A DNA stretch of 64,000 nucleotides, from the NCBI GenBank assembly GCA_963775725.1, contig CAVZKA010000002.1, positions 1,253,004 through 1,317,003 on the forward strand, written 5' to 3'. Positions 63,023 to 64,000 of this stretch are shown one piece after another. Origin of the DNA: an uncultured Acidobacteriota bacterium (GTDB lineage: Bacteria > Acidobacteriota > Thermoanaerobaculia > UBA5066 > Gp7-AA6). The position numbers and the translations under genes were made by a program. The notes beneath the pieces are model-generated. The model did no database searches, was not told the origin of the DNA, and saw nothing but the letters and a program-made list of their open reading frames with translations. The first letter of the stretch is position 1. Each line of letters opens with the position of its first letter.

Positions 63023-64000
63023 ATGCGGACGAGAATCCTGGCAACGGTGGTCCTGTTCGGCGCGATGCTCGGCCCGGCGGGTGTCTTGGCCGCAGAAGAG
63101 CGGCCCGAGTCTGCCGCTGCCGTCGAGCAGGACAGGGCGACCGCGGCATCGGCCGAGAAGCCCTGGCCTCCCATCGAATACGTCTACCTGCGGGGAATCG
63201 CCTTTCGAACGCCCGACCGGCTCTTCGAGCTCGCGATCGGGTTCAACCTGCAGGCGCGCTTCACGCACTTCGACTTCGACGCGGTCCCCGGGGCCACCGC
63301 CGACGCGGACGAGTTCCGGATCCGGCGATTCAAGCTCTACGTGACGGGCTATGCGTTCGATCCCAGGCTGACCTACCGGGTGCAGCTCGCGTTCGAGAAC
63401 GTGAACAACACCCGCCTCCTCCTCGACGACGCATGGGTCAACTACAGGTTCACGGATGAGATCGCGGCGCAGATGGGTCAGTCGAAGACGCCGTACAGCC
63501 GCGGCGAGCTCTACAACGACGGTGTCCTCCAGTTTCAGGAGCGCGCGCTGGCCGTCGACACATTCAAGCCGGGACGCGACGCCGGAGCCGGCGTCCTGGG
63601 GTCCCTCTTTGGAGGAAAGCTGGCCTACATGGCGGCCGTGTTCGGCGGCGACGGGCAGAACACGTTGCGCGCGAGCGACCACGTGATGCCCGTGCTGCGG
63701 CTCGTCGCCAACCCGATCGGAAAGATCGCGCCCACGAGCGGGGAGACGGACCTCGAGTGCAGCAGGGATCCGGCGCTGTCCTTCGGCGTCGACGGGTTCA
63801 CGAATACCCTGCGTAAGCTGACGGACGTCGCCTTCGAGCTCAACACCGTCAACTACGCGAGCGCCACCGGCTGGCTCGGCCGCAGCATCGGGCTCTTCAC
63901 GACGGGCGAAGAGGTCTTCGTCGAGTCGGCCAGCGCCGATGTCCAGTTCAAGTGGATGGGTTTCTCGGCGCAGGCGGAGTACTTCGCCGGCCACGCCGAA
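63023..64000 (+). CDS. phosphate-selective porin O/P family protein, 3'-truncated by the window edge
   Basis: A GAAGGAG RBS and signal peptide are followed by a beta-strand-rich sequence with Porin_O_P-like motifs (GFNLQARFTHFDFD…YRVQLAFENVNN). The frame is open to the end of the window. Confidence 0.7.
   Translation, partial: MRTRILATVVLFGAMLGPAGVLAAEERPESAAAVEQDRATAASAEKPWPPIEYVYLRGIAFRTPDRLFELAIGFNLQARFTHFDFDAVPGATADADEFRIRRFKLYVTGYAFDPRLTYRVQLAFENVNNTRLLLDDAWVNYRFTDEIAAQMGQSKTPYSRGELYNDGVLQFQERALAVDTFKPGRDAGAGVLGSLFGGKLAYMAAVFGGDGQNTLRASDHVMPVLRLVANPIGKIAPTSGETDLECSRDPALSFGVDGFTNTLRKLTDVAFELNTVNYASATGWLGRSIGLFTTGEEVFVESASADVQFKWMGFSAQAEYFAGHAE

Overview
This is a high-GC (about 68%) window, apparently from an Acidobacteria-like genome, judged from the TonB-dependent receptors with carboxypeptidase-regulatory-like N-termini and the sigma54 regulon. 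The core is conserved metabolism: a carbohydrate ABC importer, an MHS-family MFS transporter, two acetyl-CoA-synthetase paralogs, a complete acs–acuB-like–acuC–pat lysine-acetylation module, the htpX–lemA pair, a LytTR/LytS operon with translationally coupled downstream genes, and a modEABC locus. Accessory and unusual content sits between them. (1) At about 23.2–31.9 kb, a three-gene operon (HlyD-like adaptor, a cytoplasmic histidine kinase, an NtrC-type sigma54 activator) lies immediately upstream of a canonical sigma54 promoter. That promoter drives a monocistronic gene for a cationic protein made of 16 tandem decapeptide repeats. The repeat gene is convergent with an operon encoding a STAS antagonist, a triple-GAF–HlyD protein and a PqqD-like(RRE)–M50 site-2-protease–HlyD fusion. 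I propose this as a candidate novel multi-core peptide processing and export system. (2) An IS110-family insertion. (3) A bufferin-type RiPP operon (12-Cys DUF2282 precursor, DUF692/MNIO enzyme, DUF2063 partner), with its DoxX partner displaced about 5 kb. (4) A standalone DGQHR-domain (DndB-like) gene. (5) A giant three-domain glycosyltransferase beside a radical-SAM/SPASM enzyme and a methyltransferase. (6) A beta-lactamase-fold protein that lacks the SxxK nucleophile. (7) A family of short palindromic GGGGTCAGG…CCTGACCCC elements that overlap gene 3' ends. (8) At least six apparent single-base frameshifts in GC homopolymer contexts, which look like assembly indel errors rather than biology. 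No rRNA, tRNA or CRISPR arrays were seen. Many long ORFs in the provided track are antisense or wrong-frame artefacts of the high GC content and were not called.
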